Origin: a virus
Lineage: Duplodnaviria > Caudoviricetes
Strand: one strand, 5' to 3'
DNA: 58,991 nucleotides
IMG/VR virus record: IMGVR_UViG_3300036862_000046
Span: 1-58,991 of that record
Every line of letters begins with the position of its first letter. Position 1 is the stretch's first letter. The notes below the pieces were generated by a model. It was not told the DNA's origin. It made no database searches and saw only the letters and a program-made list of their open reading frames with translations. The position numbers and the translations under genes are program-made. Positions 25,145 to 34,052 of this stretch are shown in pieces.

Positions 25145-26323
25145 ATGAAACCAAAGAAGCCACGTCCTAAGCCCTACGTTGAAGTCGTGCTCGCCGCGTT
25201 CATCGCGGTAGGGCTCGCGCGGTGCTCGATCCTCTCGCAGCTCCCGCCTATCGTCATCCACCCTTCGCCGGTTCCGTCCGCGACTCCGTCGGCCGCGCCC
25301 TTACCGACTCCGTCGGCCGCGCCCTCGCCTTCGCCGAGTCCGGTGACGGAGCCGGCCCCTTCTCCCAGTCCGGTCGCGACGCCGTCGCCGACTCCAGATC
25401 CGGAGCCCGGCCTCGAGGCGTGCCGTCGCGTCCCCGCGCCCGGCCGCGTCTGCAACCAGGCCAAGGGTAACGAGTCGCCCGACTGCGGATGCTACGTCTG
25501 CGCCTACCGTACCAACTACACCTGGCAGAAGAAACCTGAGTGCCCGGTCGGGGTCGGCCCCCTGACCCCCGCGCAGCTCTGTGAGAAGTGCTGGCGTTGC
25601 GACGACCTTCTCCAGTACCAGACGGGACGCGGCCACCTCACGGTGGTTCCGAGCCAGGGACCTCGTGGCGGGAACCTGTGGACGAACGCGGGGGAGTACT
25701 ACGACGAGAAGTGCAACCGGGTCACGATCCGCGGCGAGTTCATCGCGGACCCCTCGGGTCTCGTCGGGGATATCTGCTATCCCTACCAGGAGAGCTGGTG
25801 CAATCCGGCTTCGGCTCCGGCGCCGAGCCCTACGCCTTCCCCGTCTCCCGGTCCGACGCCTACGCCCTTGCCTTCCGCACCTCCTAAGTCGGGCTGCTCG
25901 GCTGACTACGCGGCGCACTCCCTGGACCACGTGAGCATCCAGCTTCACGACATCCAGGACAAGAGTAACCTCATCAAGGAAGGGTACCTCGGCGTCAAGC
26001 TGGTGTTCAACACCACGCCCGCGTCTATCCCGCCCTACTGCGCGCACACGGAGGCCGCGAACGGAGGAGTCCAGAACAATCACTGTGAGCAGCTTCTCGC
26101 CTGTCAGGACCCGGATGGGAGTGACGCGTTCCAGACGTTGCCGGGTCACTACGAGAACGACGTGCTGGAGTCGAACAGCACGAATCAGTGGATCAAGCAG
26201 CACGTACCGTTGGCGGACGAGACAGGCCCGACGACATTTACCGCGTGTCCGCGCGGCGTACGTCCTCCGTCCTCGCTCTGCCGGTCGATCACGATCGACG
26301 TCCAGGCTGGAATGAGAAAGTGA
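25145..26323 (+). CDS. Pro/Ser-linker, Cys-rich membrane-anchored or lipo-protein
   Basis: Basic N-term, hydrophobic helix, LARC; two PSPSPTP linkers; many Cys. Confidence 0.7.
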   Translation: MKPKKPRPKPYVEVVLAAFIAVGLARCSILSQLPPIVIHPSPVPSATPSAAPLPTPSAAPSPSPSPVTEPAPSPSPVATPSPTPDPEPGLEACRRVPAPGRVCNQAKGNESPDCGCYVCAYRTNYTWQKKPECPVGVGPLTPAQLCEKCWRCDDLLQYQTGRGHLTVVPSQGPRGGNLWTNAGEYYDEKCNRVTIRGEFIADPSGLVGDICYPYQESWCNPASAPAPSPTPSPSPGPTPTPLPSAPPKSGCSADYAAHSLDHVSIQLHDIQDKSNLIKEGYLGVKLVFNTTPASIPPYCAHTEAANGGVQNNHCEQLLACQDPDGSDAFQTLPGHYENDVLESNSTNQWIKQHVPLADETGPTTFTACPRGVRPPSSLCRSITIDVQAGMRK

Positions 26324-26587
26324 ACCGCACCTCGACGACGTGGCCCCGAGCGGTCAAGAACGAGCCGGGGACGGAGCTGACAGCTCTCGAACGAGCGGAG
26401 AACGTGGTAGCCGCGTGGGAGGCTCTTGAGGGCGAACAGATGCGAGAATGCCCAGCGTTCACGCTCATCAAGATAATCGCTGAGGGAACTGGAAAAGGGG
26501 TGACGTAGTACAGGGTCGACGCATCAGGATTACTGTCTTCGTGGCTCGATCTCGAGCATTACCCTTTGTCGCCAAGAGAGGCAAAAG

Positions 26588-26839
26588 ATGACCGACCGAA
26601 GTAAGTTCAGTGCGTTCTCGCAGGAGGCGATCAACGCGGCGCTGGACCGCGCGCTCGTCTCTATTCCCGAGGGGCACAGCACCGCCCTCGTGGCGACAGT
26701 GGCCGTGGAGCACGGAGGCTTGATCGGGAAGCTCGCGTTCTACGAACGGATCAACGACGCGTGGCAGTTCGGGGCGTACATCGAGGGCGGCACGCGCGCG
26801 CCTCTCTTGGCCGGCGCCGAGGTTCGGTTCTCCAAGTGA
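26588..26839 (+). CDS. Hypothetical beta-rich protein
   Basis: SD AGAGG; AWQFGAY..AGAEVRFSK. Confidence 0.55.
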   Translation: MTDRSKFSAFSQEAINAALDRALVSIPEGHSTALVATVAVEHGGLIGKLAFYERINDAWQFGAYIEGGTRAPLLAGAEVRFSK

Positions 26840-27034
26840 CCCGATACATTCTCGCCGCGCTGTTTCTCTACACTCTGGCGTTCTCCGGCCAGGTCCACAA
26901 GCTCGACGACCCATTTCCGGTTCCGCGGGGGAGTGCGACCCGAACTGTCCGCTGCCTCCGCCTCCGTGCCCGTCGATCGGCTGCACGGATCCGGACTCGC
27001 CTCCGCGTGATCCGACGGAAGAGCGAGTGACGCG

Positions 27035-27298
27035 ATGACCGACCAGAAGCCCACCCCGGAGCACGCAGGGGCGATGGACGTCAAGTCGTCCGGCCCGAAG
27101 TTCTGGCGCATCGTGTGCGGGGACACACCTTCCGCGGTGCTCGTTAAGGACGGGGACGGCAAGGACATCACCGAGTCCGTTATCGGCGTCCGCGTCACGC
27201 TGACCCCGGGCAGCCTTACCACGGCCACGATAACTACCCTGGCGACGGTTGACCTGGACGTAATCGTCGACGACTCTGACGCGACGGGCACACCTTGA
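27035..27298 (+). CDS. Hypothetical protein
   Basis: DGDGKDITESV.GV pattern. Confidence 0.5.
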   Translation: MTDQKPTPEHAGAMDVKSSGPKFWRIVCGDTPSAVLVKDGDGKDITESVIGVRVTLTPGSLTTATITTLATVDLDVIVDDSDATGTP

Positions 27299-27831
27299 AG
27301 ATCCTGAGGTTCGGCGCCGAGTGGGCGTGGGACCGGATGGGCGTCGCCGCGAACGGCGAGGACCCGGACTGCGGGTACCTCGAAGCGGGCTGGTACGACC
27401 ACGGGAGCACGGGCATCGTCTGCGCTAAGAACGGCCCCTCAGACGCGTACATACTGGGCTGGCGGTTCGACACTACGGTCCGGTCAATCAGCCACGAGGT
27501 ACTCTTTGGCCTCGTGATATCTCCATCTGGCTCGCTGCCGGAGGACAGTCAGGTCTTCACCGCGTGGACCCACTCTGCATGGCGTGAGGAGAGCCAGGGC
27601 GATCTGCCTTTCTCTGCGACGAAGAACTCCGAGGCCATCACTCTTCCGCCGTACGGGCTGCTCGTGCCTGCGAACGCACGCATCTGGGTCTACGCCTGGG
27701 GCTGGGGACACTGGTACGGCGCGCCGCTGCCGGCCAACCCGACCGTGATGGAATTTCAGGGCCACGTATTCGTCAACGAGGAGTCGTCGTTCACCTACCG
27801 CGCGCACGCGGATCAGACGTTCAATTTTTAG
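27295..27831 (+). CDS. Hypothetical Trp-rich beta protein
   Basis: TTGA overlap; ITLPPYGLLVPANARIWVY. Confidence 0.55.
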   Translation: MKILRFGAEWAWDRMGVAANGEDPDCGYLEAGWYDHGSTGIVCAKNGPSDAYILGWRFDTTVRSISHEVLFGLVISPSGSLPEDSQVFTAWTHSAWREESQGDLPFSATKNSEAITLPPYGLLVPANARIWVYAWGWGHWYGAPLPANPTVMEFQGHVFVNEESSFTYRAHADQTFNF

Positions 27832-27840
27832 GAGTACGAG

Positions 27841-28740
27841 ATGAGAAAGATTCTTGCTCTGTTACTTTTGCTGGCCTCTCCAGTCTTCGCGGAGTTTACC
27901 GCGACGGAGAAGGCAGAGCTGAACAAGGTCGTTGCCGCGCGTAAGTCCGTGACGACGGGCCTCCAGAACATCGAGTCGAGCATCTCGACTAGTACCGACG
28001 CGGAGACCCGAGATCTACTTGCCGAGGCCGATCGTACTTTCGCCGAGGTCGAGGAAGGTCTTGGCAATGGGCTCCTGTTCCTTTACGGGACGGCAGCCAA
28101 GCGCGCCGACTCCGCTCGCGACGCGATACGGGCCGGCGGACGGGACGGGTACGTCCGAGAGGCGTTCGAGGCTTTCGACGCCTCTGCTAAGGCGGCCGTA
28201 GAAGCGTTCGAGGCGCTGGATGCCTTGGCTAGTGTCCGGACAGACGACTCGGCCTTTCAGCTCCAGGTCTCTCGCGCTCGGTCTCAGCTTACCTCCGCCG
28301 TCGCCAAGCTCACGAGCTTTAACCGCGCCCTCGCCTGGAACGCCTCGACGCCGATCCCGACGACGATCCTGTTTCAGGACCAGATGTGGCAGGCGCGCCA
28401 GTACTCCTACGACGTCCAGGAGCTGACGAATATCTCGTACGAGGTGGGCCCTGTTCAGCTCGCGGCTACGAACAGAAAGACGTACGAGGTGCTCTCCCGC
28501 GTCTGGTTGTTCACCAACGAGGTGATGGCCAGTGCGACTACGGTAGCCGGCATCGACGACAGGGACCGATCGGACGTTCGCTCGGACCTTCTGATAGATG
28601 CGCAGCAGTATCTCCACGTGATCCAGGTCGGACTCGCGGGGCTCATCCCGACTTTCTACGCTGACCTCGCGCGTACGTTTACTAAGAATAGCGACGCCTG
28701 GCGGCACGCCGGGTTCGGCGCGGAGGAGTTGCTTAAATGA
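27841..28740 (+). CDS. Exported alpha-helical protein
   Basis: SD AGGAG; signal peptide MRKILALLLLLASPVFA. Confidence 0.7.
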   Translation: MRKILALLLLLASPVFAEFTATEKAELNKVVAARKSVTTGLQNIESSISTSTDAETRDLLAEADRTFAEVEEGLGNGLLFLYGTAAKRADSARDAIRAGGRDGYVREAFEAFDASAKAAVEAFEALDALASVRTDDSAFQLQVSRARSQLTSAVAKLTSFNRALAWNASTPIPTTILFQDQMWQARQYSYDVQELTNISYEVGPVQLAATNRKTYEVLSRVWLFTNEVMASATTVAGIDDRDRSDVRSDLLIDAQQYLHVIQVGLAGLIPTFYADLARTFTKNSDAWRHAGFGAEELLK

Positions 28741-28945
28741 AGAAGCGAAAGTACCTCGGTCAGGGTAGTCCCCGGGCGTGGATCTATACCACGTCGCACG
28801 CCGTCCACGTCGCGTTCCGGTCTGCTGAGCTGGCGGGGCGATTCGTCGTTCCCGCGTCCTCTAGATCCAGCGCCACGGGCTGGGAGGGCGAGAGGTACGT
28901 GATCTCGTATTCGACCCGGGAGCGTTAAGGCCTAGAATAGAAGAC

Positions 28946-29278
28946 ATGGAGTCCAAGAGAGCCCGTTCCTCCGCCCGCGGCGAGGAAGGGCGAGAGTTTG
29001 CCCGCGCGGTCCTACACCAGACGCCCGCTGACGACGTCAGCATGGAGCCCAACCCGGTTCTCAGGCGATTAAAGGAACAGGCCCGCGCGGGTGTCGGCTC
29101 TGCCGAGGGCTATCTCCCGGCGAACGTCTTCAACGCCCTGATGGACAGGTGCCACGGCAAGGTGGCAGACCGTGTTAAGATGTTAGGGGCGAGGCCCTTC
29201 GACGACCTGTCCGACGCTGAGCTTGCAGCTCGTGCGGAGCAGGTGGCACGACGGCTCCGTGGAGACAAGGAGATCTAA
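28946..29278 (+). CDS. Putative terminase small subunit
   Basis: LMDRCHGK..DDLSDAEL pattern; upstream of terL. Confidence 0.45.
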   Translation: MESKRARSSARGEEGREFARAVLHQTPADDVSMEPNPVLRRLKEQARAGVGSAEGYLPANVFNALMDRCHGKVADRVKMLGARPFDDLSDAELAARAEQVARRLRGDKEI

Positions 29279-29376
29279 TGGCAAGAGAGAACAAGGCGCT
29301 CTCCGGCGGCGGCTCCGGTGATCAGCCCTGTAAGCCCGCGGGTAGTCCCGACGGCGGACAGGTCGCCAAGAAGTAA
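29278..29376 (+). CDS. 32-aa micropeptide carrying DQPxxPAGSPxGGQ motif
   Basis: SD AAGGAG, TAATG coupling; MARENKALSGGGSGDQPCKPAGSPDGGQVAKK. Confidence 0.5.
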   Translation: MARENKALSGGGSGDQPCKPAGSPDGGQVAKK

Positions 29377-29415
29377 GGGTCGTCTCCTCGTCGTCCTAAA
29401 TCCCGGAGCTTTCTA

Positions 29416-30054
29416 ATGCGATCGGCCGCGCAGTTCCTTCTCGTCTCGCTGGTTTTTGTTTCCGCGCAGGCCGGTGTCTCGGACGAAGCCAGAGTCGCGG
29501 TGCCTGTAGCCAAGTCAGGGTCCGTGGCCCAAGTATGCCCTATCTCAGATACGGGAGCCCTGACCGCGAGGCACGTGACGCGCGCGAATAGCGACGGAAG
29601 CGAAGAGGACTTGGCTAAGCCGGCGCAGCCGATAATCTTCGAGTCGAACGGGCGGGGTCCGGGTGTCGCAGAGGAAGTCTACGCGGATACGCGTCGTGAC
29701 ATCTCCGTAATCAAGGCAGTCATCGGAACGTTCCCGTTTCACTACGCGCTCGCGGCGTCTCCGCCGTCTGTCGGAGAGACGGTGACTCTGGTCGGGTACA
29801 CGCCCTCGTTCACTCCTGAGGTTATGCGCGCCAAGGTGGTGTGGATCTTCGCGGGGGTCGTCTACTTCGACCATTCTCCAGGTCCGGGTTCCTCCGGCTC
29901 CTGTCTCCTGAGTACTACGTCACCGCCTGTGGTATATGCCATCAACTCTCTGTACTTCGACCGGACGGGGGGTAAGACGGGAGCCGCGCTCGCGGTGTGG
30001 GGTGAGTGGGGCGTTATCCCGGAGCAGTACCGCTCGACGACGGCGCCGAAGTGA
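29416..30054 (+). CDS. Exported trypsin-like serine protease
   Basis: Signal peptide; LTARHV (His), DISVI (Asp), PGSSGS (Ser). Confidence 0.85.
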   Translation: MRSAAQFLLVSLVFVSAQAGVSDEARVAVPVAKSGSVAQVCPISDTGALTARHVTRANSDGSEEDLAKPAQPIIFESNGRGPGVAEEVYADTRRDISVIKAVIGTFPFHYALAASPPSVGETVTLVGYTPSFTPEVMRAKVVWIFAGVVYFDHSPGPGSSGSCLLSTTSPPVVYAINSLYFDRTGGKTGAALAVWGEWGVIPEQYRSTTAPK

Positions 30055-30272
30055 GCATCGACGACGAGTCCTCGGACTGGCCGGCGTACCGGCGCCTGAT
30101 CAACTATCGACTCGACCACATCGATACCACTCTCGACTCGATCGAGAAGAGACTCTATACGATCGACACCCACCTCACGGGTCTGATGGCCAAGGCTTCC
30201 CTGGTAGGCGGCGCGACGGGCCTCGTGGTCGCCGCGGTCTTCTCCGCGCTCGTCCGGAAGTTCATCGGTTGA
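30051..30272 (+). CDS. Small coiled-coil + TM protein (holin-like)
   Basis: Heptad N-term, hydrophobic C-term. Confidence 0.55.
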   Translation: MSIDDESSDWPAYRRLINYRLDHIDTTLDSIEKRLYTIDTHLTGLMAKASLVGGATGLVVAAVFSALVRKFIG

Positions 30273-31762
30273 TGCTCCCGTCGGAAGAAGAGGCGGAACG
30301 CGCTATCGAGCGTACCGAGATGGAGGACGAGCTGGCCGGCCTCGAGGCCGTACTGGCGAAGCGTCATCTATCTCAGTTCGCTCGTCAGGCGTTCCCGATC
30401 ATCGAGCCCCACGTCACCCTCGCCTGGAACTGGCATCTCGACGTGATGTGCGACGAGCTGGGGGCCGTGTCCCGCGGTGAGACCGAGAAGCTCTTGATCA
30501 ACGTCCCTCCCGGTACGATGAAGTCTCTGCTCGTCTCCGTCATGTGGCCGGCCTGGGAGTGGATGCAGCGCCCGGCGCTGAAGTACCTCTCCGCGTCTTA
30601 CACCCAGGACCTCGCGACCCGCGACGCGATGAAGATGCGGGACCTCGTGCAGAGTCCCTGGTACCGGCAGGCATGCGGGGTCTCACTCCGCACGGATCAG
30701 GAGGCCAAGACCTGGTTCATCAACACCGCGGGAGGGTGGCGCATCGCCACGACGCCGGGCGGCAAGGGAACCGGGGAACACCCGGATCGGAAGATCATCG
30801 ACGACCCTCACAGCGCACAGCAGGCACGATCCGAGACGGAGAGGAAGGCCGCCATCACGTGGTTCGACCAGACGCTGTCGACACGAGGCGCCGGCCGGAA
30901 CGCCAAGACCGTGATCATCATGCAGCGCCTCCACGAGGAGGACCTCAGCGGGCACGTCCTGGCGCAGGGAGGCTGGAAGCACGTGATGCTGCCGATGCGC
31001 TTCGAGCCCAAGCGTGCGTACTCGAAGGACCCGCGCCGTGAGGTCGGAGAGCTGATGTGGCCGGAGATGTTTCCGGAAGCTAAGGTCACGGAGCTGGAGC
31101 GCGAGCTGTCCCCGTACGGCGCCGCCGGTCAGTTCCAGCAGCGTCCGTCGCCGCAGGGCGGGGGTCTCTTCAAGCGCGAGTGGTTCCGGATCGCCGACCG
31201 CGTGCCGGAGATCCGGGACAAGGACGACAGGGTCGTTCAGCCCCGACGCGTCCGGGCGTGGGACGTCGCCGCGACGGAGGGCGGAGGCTGCTTCACCGCG
31301 GGCGCGAAGGTCGCTGACTGCGGCGTCGGGACCGTCCCGCGCTTCTACGTCGAGGACATGCGCCGCGCGCAGCTCGGCCCGGCTAAGGTCGATGCCCTGA
31401 TCCTGGCGGTGGCGGCCGTCGACGCGCCCTTCAAGTTCGAGTGTTCGGTCCGCGAGGAGCAGGAAGGCGGCAGCGCCGGCAAGGCAGTCGTCACGACGCG
31501 TGCCAGGGACCTCGCCGGGTACGACTACAGCGCGATGCCCGCGACGGGCGACAAGGAAGTCCGGGCTCGTCAGTTCCGCTCCCAGGCCGAGGCTGGTAAC
31601 GTAGCGATCGTCAGGGGAGAGTGGAACGAGGCTTTCCTGTCCGAGCTGGAGTCCTTTCCTAACGGCCGATACAAGGACCAGGTAGACGCGACGGCGCACG
31701 CCTTCAACGACTTGATCACCGGACCGGTCGAGGTCCGGCTCCTCGAAGTGGAGTGGGGATGA
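30272..31762 (+). CDS. terL: Terminase large subunit
   Basis: WNWH, NVPPGTMKS, IIDDP, IMQRLHEEDL, QFQQRP, RAWDVA, FP.G..KDQVDA. Confidence 0.95.
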   Translation: MLPSEEEAERAIERTEMEDELAGLEAVLAKRHLSQFARQAFPIIEPHVTLAWNWHLDVMCDELGAVSRGETEKLLINVPPGTMKSLLVSVMWPAWEWMQRPALKYLSASYTQDLATRDAMKMRDLVQSPWYRQACGVSLRTDQEAKTWFINTAGGWRIATTPGGKGTGEHPDRKIIDDPHSAQQARSETERKAAITWFDQTLSTRGAGRNAKTVIIMQRLHEEDLSGHVLAQGGWKHVMLPMRFEPKRAYSKDPRREVGELMWPEMFPEAKVTELERELSPYGAAGQFQQRPSPQGGGLFKREWFRIADRVPEIRDKDDRVVQPRRVRAWDVAATEGGGCFTAGAKVADCGVGTVPRFYVEDMRRAQLGPAKVDALILAVAAVDAPFKFECSVREEQEGGSAGKAVVTTRARDLAGYDYSAMPATGDKEVRARQFRSQAEAGNVAIVRGEWNEAFLSELESFPNGRYKDQVDATAHAFNDLITGPVEVRLLEVEWG

Positions 31763-32457
31763 TCGGCTGGTTTTGCTACGGGCTTTACAGCTCTCGTGAG
31801 CCAAGGGAATATCGTTACGTCGGAAAGACAGGCAATTTCAACCGGCCCCGCGGGCACCTGAAAGAAGCGGGATCTGGGCATGCGTGCTACAAATGCAATT
31901 GGATACGCCAAGAACAGCGCGAGGGATTCGTGATTGAGTGGGTTCCCCTGACATGGTACGACACTGAGCCGCAGGTATTTGCTGCTGAGCGTCGTTTCAT
32001 TGCCGCGTGGAAGGCGCAACTTACGAATGCGACCGATGGCGGAGAGGGTACAGCTTGTTCCGAGGAAAAGAAATCGAAGATACGCGGGAGCATTAGTGCA
32101 GAAACTCGTGCTAGGTTCTCCCTACTCTACAAGGGAAAGAAGCGTCCGGCATACATCGGGCAGAGAGTCAGAGAAGCCTTAACGGGCACTCATTTTTCAG
32201 AAAAGCGCCGGCTCGCGCACCGAGAGGCGCTCGCAAACCCGGAGACACGTCTGAAAATGTCCTTGGCCCATCGAGGATCCCGGCGTCCCATGTCAGAAGA
32301 GTGTAAGAAAAAGATTGGGGCCGCGAACCGAGGCCAGGTCCGAACCATCGCTCAGCGACTCGCGCACAGCATGCGCTTGCGTGGCCGAGCACTCTCCCCA
32401 CAGCACCGCGCCAAAATCGCTGCCGGAATGGCTCGGCACTTCGCGGCTAAACCGTGA
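31759..32457 (+). CDS. GIY-YIG-type homing endonuclease with NUMOD3 repeats
   Basis: YGLYSS..RYVGKT; close paralogue of 16346..16981. Confidence 0.85.
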   Translation: MIGWFCYGLYSSREPREYRYVGKTGNFNRPRGHLKEAGSGHACYKCNWIRQEQREGFVIEWVPLTWYDTEPQVFAAERRFIAAWKAQLTNATDGGEGTACSEEKKSKIRGSISAETRARFSLLYKGKKRPAYIGQRVREALTGTHFSEKRRLAHREALANPETRLKMSLAHRGSRRPMSEECKKKIGAANRGQVRTIAQRLAHSMRLRGRALSPQHRAKIAAGMARHFAAKP

Positions 32458-33422
32458 GGGTCTCCATCATCGGCCAGGCATCGACCGCGAACGAGAACAT
32501 CAACGGGACGGTCTACCTCTGCGCCATCCTGAAGTACTGCGCCTTCCTGAACATCTCGGTTCTGTTCGACCCCGTCGGGGACTCCAACGCCGCGCTCTAC
32601 GCCCAGTACTACGGGATCCCGATCGTGCGGAGTGGGGACACGTCCGAGATCCTTATCCGCTCGTTCCTCACTCCTACTCACTTTCCACAGAAGCCCGTCA
32701 ACACGTACGTGGTCGACGTGGTCTTCAAGGAGTTGGATAGCCCAGTCGGAGGGAACGCTCCCAACTGGGTGCTGTCCTTCACGGCCCCGTCGTCCTTGTT
32801 TCCGTCGGGCCCTAACCGCACGCTAGGCGTTCGTCCGGCGATGCCTCCCGAGTTCATCACCACTCCTCGCGCGATGGTGGACAAGCAGGCCGTCATCTTC
32901 TTGGGGACGGACCCGAACAACCGTCTCGCCGGGATAGTCGCCGCGACTAACGGCGGCGGGTTCACTGCCGTCTCCGTCAAGCTGCCCATCACGACGAACT
33001 TCTGGGACATCGTCAAGACAGCTCAGGTGCTAGTCGCGAGCGAGGGCGCGCCGCAGTACACCGGCATGGCGCTCGGCATCCCTACGATCGTCGTCGCGAA
33101 CGACGCGACGGAGGACGCGCACGTCCTGAGTGAGATCCCGTTAGGTCAACTAGGGTGGGAGTACCTCGGGACGCTCGCGGCGAACAACGACGCCGCGGTC
33201 AGCAGCGCCGCTAAGACCCTGATGGCCACGACCGACACGATCAAGATCAAGCGCATCGCGATGTCCGCGCACGCCATTCACTCGGAGATCAACGACGGCG
33301 TCCGCTTCGTCGCGGAGTGGCTAGCAGGCTTCCTGATCGGGACAGACGCGTCTCGCACCCTAGACTTCAACTACAGAGTGTGGCCGGACACGGCGCCTCA
33401 CCCCGCTTTGCTGAACCCGTAA
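32454..33422 (+). CDS. GT-B fold, PseG/SpsG-like protein (divergent)
   Basis: FLGTDP, AQVLVASEG..MALGIPTIVVA, EYLG, RIAMS, DGV. Confidence 0.45.
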   Translation: MRVSIIGQASTANENINGTVYLCAILKYCAFLNISVLFDPVGDSNAALYAQYYGIPIVRSGDTSEILIRSFLTPTHFPQKPVNTYVVDVVFKELDSPVGGNAPNWVLSFTAPSSLFPSGPNRTLGVRPAMPPEFITTPRAMVDKQAVIFLGTDPNNRLAGIVAATNGGGFTAVSVKLPITTNFWDIVKTAQVLVASEGAPQYTGMALGIPTIVVANDATEDAHVLSEIPLGQLGWEYLGTLAANNDAAVSSAAKTLMATTDTIKIKRIAMSAHAIHSEINDGVRFVAEWLAGFLIGTDASRTLDFNYRVWPDTAPHPALLNP

Positions 33423-33432
33423 AAGGAGCCAT

Positions 33433-33792
33433 ATGGTCGCTTTCAAGAAATTCCGGGAGTTCTTCGACGGACGTAAGACCGCGATCGGCGTCATCCTCGT
33501 GGCCGCCCCGGTAGCCCTGGAGCAGGGCCGGCAGTTCCTCGTGGCACTCGGGGTCGATCCGACGAAGGCCGCGACGTGGTTCGGTACGGCGCTCCTCGCC
33601 GTGGGCCTCGCACACAAGGCGTACAAGGCCGTCGTCCTCATCGAGGGCGCTACGACTACCGTCACGGTGACGACGACTCCCGCTCCCGTTCCCGCCGCGG
33701 CCCCGCCAGCGCCTCCCACGGTCACGGTGACTACTACGCCCACGCCTCCGTCGGCTGAGCCCTCGGTCACCGTGACCGCGAGCCCCGTATGA
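33433..33792 (+). CDS. Holin-like membrane protein with Thr/Pro-rich tail
   Basis: FDGRKTAIG, two TM segments, GLAHK; SD AAGGAG. Confidence 0.6.
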   Translation: MVAFKKFREFFDGRKTAIGVILVAAPVALEQGRQFLVALGVDPTKAATWFGTALLAVGLAHKAYKAVVLIEGATTTVTVTTTPAPVPAAAPPAPPTVTVTTTPTPPSAEPSVTVTASPV

Positions 33793-34052
33793 CGTCACGT
33801 AAGGCCGCGTTCGAAGCCGGTATGCTAGACCCAGCGTACACGTCCAAGCTGACCCGCCAAGTCCGTCGCGAGTTCCTCCGTCGCACCGGCGAGGAGCTGG
33901 TCAAGGTCTGCTCCAAGTGCGGGCTGCCGACGATTGCGGCGAGCGCCGGTCCGAGATACTTCGCTTTCAGGTGGTGGCGCCGCGCTAAGGGGCCTCTACG
34001 CCGAGTCGCCTTCCTCTGCCTCGTTCGCGGACACGCCTGGAGATACATCTGA
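33789..34052 (+). CDS. Basic hypothetical protein
   Basis: ATGA overlap; CSKCG. Confidence 0.4.
   Translation: MTSRKAAFEAGMLDPAYTSKLTRQVRREFLRRTGEELVKVCSKCGLPTIAASAGPRYFAFRWWRRAKGPLRRVAFLCLVRGHAWRYI

Noticed and set aside
31759-32457. Group I intron or intein at endonuclease sites
   Set aside because: Flanking genes look complete and overlap the endonuclease ORFs, leaving no room for intron cores; no intein motifs in PolA, terL or helicase
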